64,000 bases of DNA, taken from the NCBI RefSeq assembly GCF_000737315.1, contig NZ_JMCB01000003.1:620001-684000 (forward strand), in the 5' to 3' direction. Source of the stretch: Hyalangium minutum (GTDB lineage: Bacteria > Myxococcota > Myxococcia > Myxococcales > Myxococcaceae). Positions 63,283 through 64,000 of the stretch are shown in pieces. The stretch's first letter is position 1, and every line of letters starts with the position of its first letter. Both the position numbers and the translations under genes were made by a program. Below the pieces are notes generated by a model. The model did not search any database, was not told the DNA's origin, and saw only the letters and a program-made list of their open reading frames with translations.

Positions 63283-64000
63283 TCAGGGCTCGGGCCGAAC
63301 CCCCGGCGAGGCCGCAGCCCTGTCACGCTCCGGTTCCCGCTTGAGCTCCGCCTCGTGCGAGCACCGGGCGTCGATCGAGGCCCCGTTCAGCGGACACCGT
63401 CCGCTGTCGCGCAGATCGAACTGCCAGCGGTGCCGAGGACACACCAGGTACCGGCCATCCTCCACCCAGGCCTCGGCCAGATCCGCGCCCTGGTGCGGGC
63501 AGTAGCGCAGCACGGAGTAGCGCATATCCCCTGCCACCACCGTGGTGCGCTCGCGCCGGGACTCCGTGGCGCGGATGCCGTCGCAGAACTCGTGCAGGTC
63601 GTCGATCTCCAGCCCCACGAAGCCGTGGAGGATCGGCTCGTAGACGTCCGGGTTCCGGCTCATCCGGTGCCGCAGGGACAGCAGGAAGTCCTCCCAGTTG
63701 AGCTTGCGCTCCAGGACCCGAGCAATGTCCACCGCGTTCACCGTCATCGTGTACCGGGTCGTGTCCCGGATCGACGGGACGACCTCCACCTGCCGCAACT
63801 GGAAGTCCACCCGCAACAGCCGCGTCGGTGCCTCTCGAACCATGACGTACAGCGGCATTCCCACCCGCTTGTGCAGATCCAGCTGATCCAGCTTGCGCCG
63901 CAGCTCCACCCGCAACAGCTCGTGGATCTCCGCGACCTCGGCGCGCAGGATGTTGTGGTGCCGTGCCGTGAACACGTGCGCCTGGTCCATCGCGTACGCA
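63283..64000 (-). CDS. C-terminal Rieske [2Fe-2S] protein, 5'-truncated by window end
   Basis: RYCPHQGADL...VCPRHRWQFDL (CxH...CxxH). The frame is open past the tracked Met 63990 to the window edge (A-Y-A-M). Confidence 0.8.
   Translation of the reverse strand, partial: AYAMDQAHVFTARHHNILRAEVAEIHELLRVELRRKLDQLDLHKRVGMPLYVMVREAPTRLLRVDFQLRQVEVVPSIRDTTRYTMTVNAVDIARVLERKLNWEDFLLSLRHRMSRNPDVYEPILHGFVGLEIDDLHEFCDGIRATESRRERTTVVAGDMRYSVLRYCPHQGADLAEAWVEDGRYLVCPRHRWQFDLRDSGRCPLNGASIDARCSHEAELKREPERDRAAASPGVRPEP

Noticed and set aside
53959-64000. tRNA-Arg as an integration site for an island containing the glycan locus
   Set aside because: No integrase, transposase or duplicated tRNA 3' end was found by eye, and the flanking gene is a housekeeping-type PPTase. 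An island boundary outside the window cannot be excluded.

Overview
GC-rich (~68-70%) chromosomal segment of a myxobacterium (Cystobacterineae; gene content and order resemble Myxococcus/Stigmatella/Hyalangium, inferred without a database search). Most of the window is housekeeping: rpsP-khpA-rimM-trmD-rplS, rlmN, TCA block (icd-mdh-sdhAB-sucCD-ndk), a menaquinone cluster (menF-D-H-A-C-E, divergent menG) followed by a shikimate run (aroK, aroD-aroE fusion, aroC, aroB, aroA), gltA, fadD, pyk, pyrB-pyrC-carA, lepA-lepB, NDP-sugar enzymes, SPOR protein, HU/IHF, mnmA, tRNA-Arg(CCU)+cca and a phosphopantetheinyl transferase. Two accessory blocks stand out. (1) 34168-37861: a three-gene operon with a lipase-foldase-like membrane chaperone, a secreted sphingomyelinase-like EEP hydrolase and an Lnt-like N-acyltransferase. 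(2) 56258-64000: a Stigmatella fbfAB-like locus, with a copper-radical oxidase carrying extra C-terminal domains divergent from a HAS/NodC-like GT2 synthase, followed by MFP-like, TolC-like and ConA-like genes and a convergent, window-truncated Rieske protein. This looks like a synthase-driven glycan export/modification system. Other oddities: a signal-peptide-bearing DUF151 nuclease, an SMC-like protein lacking Walker A, and recurrent -10 boxes 7-13 nt upstream of SD-less start codons. No CRISPR array, transposase or integrase was seen. All family assignments come from motif recognition by eye.
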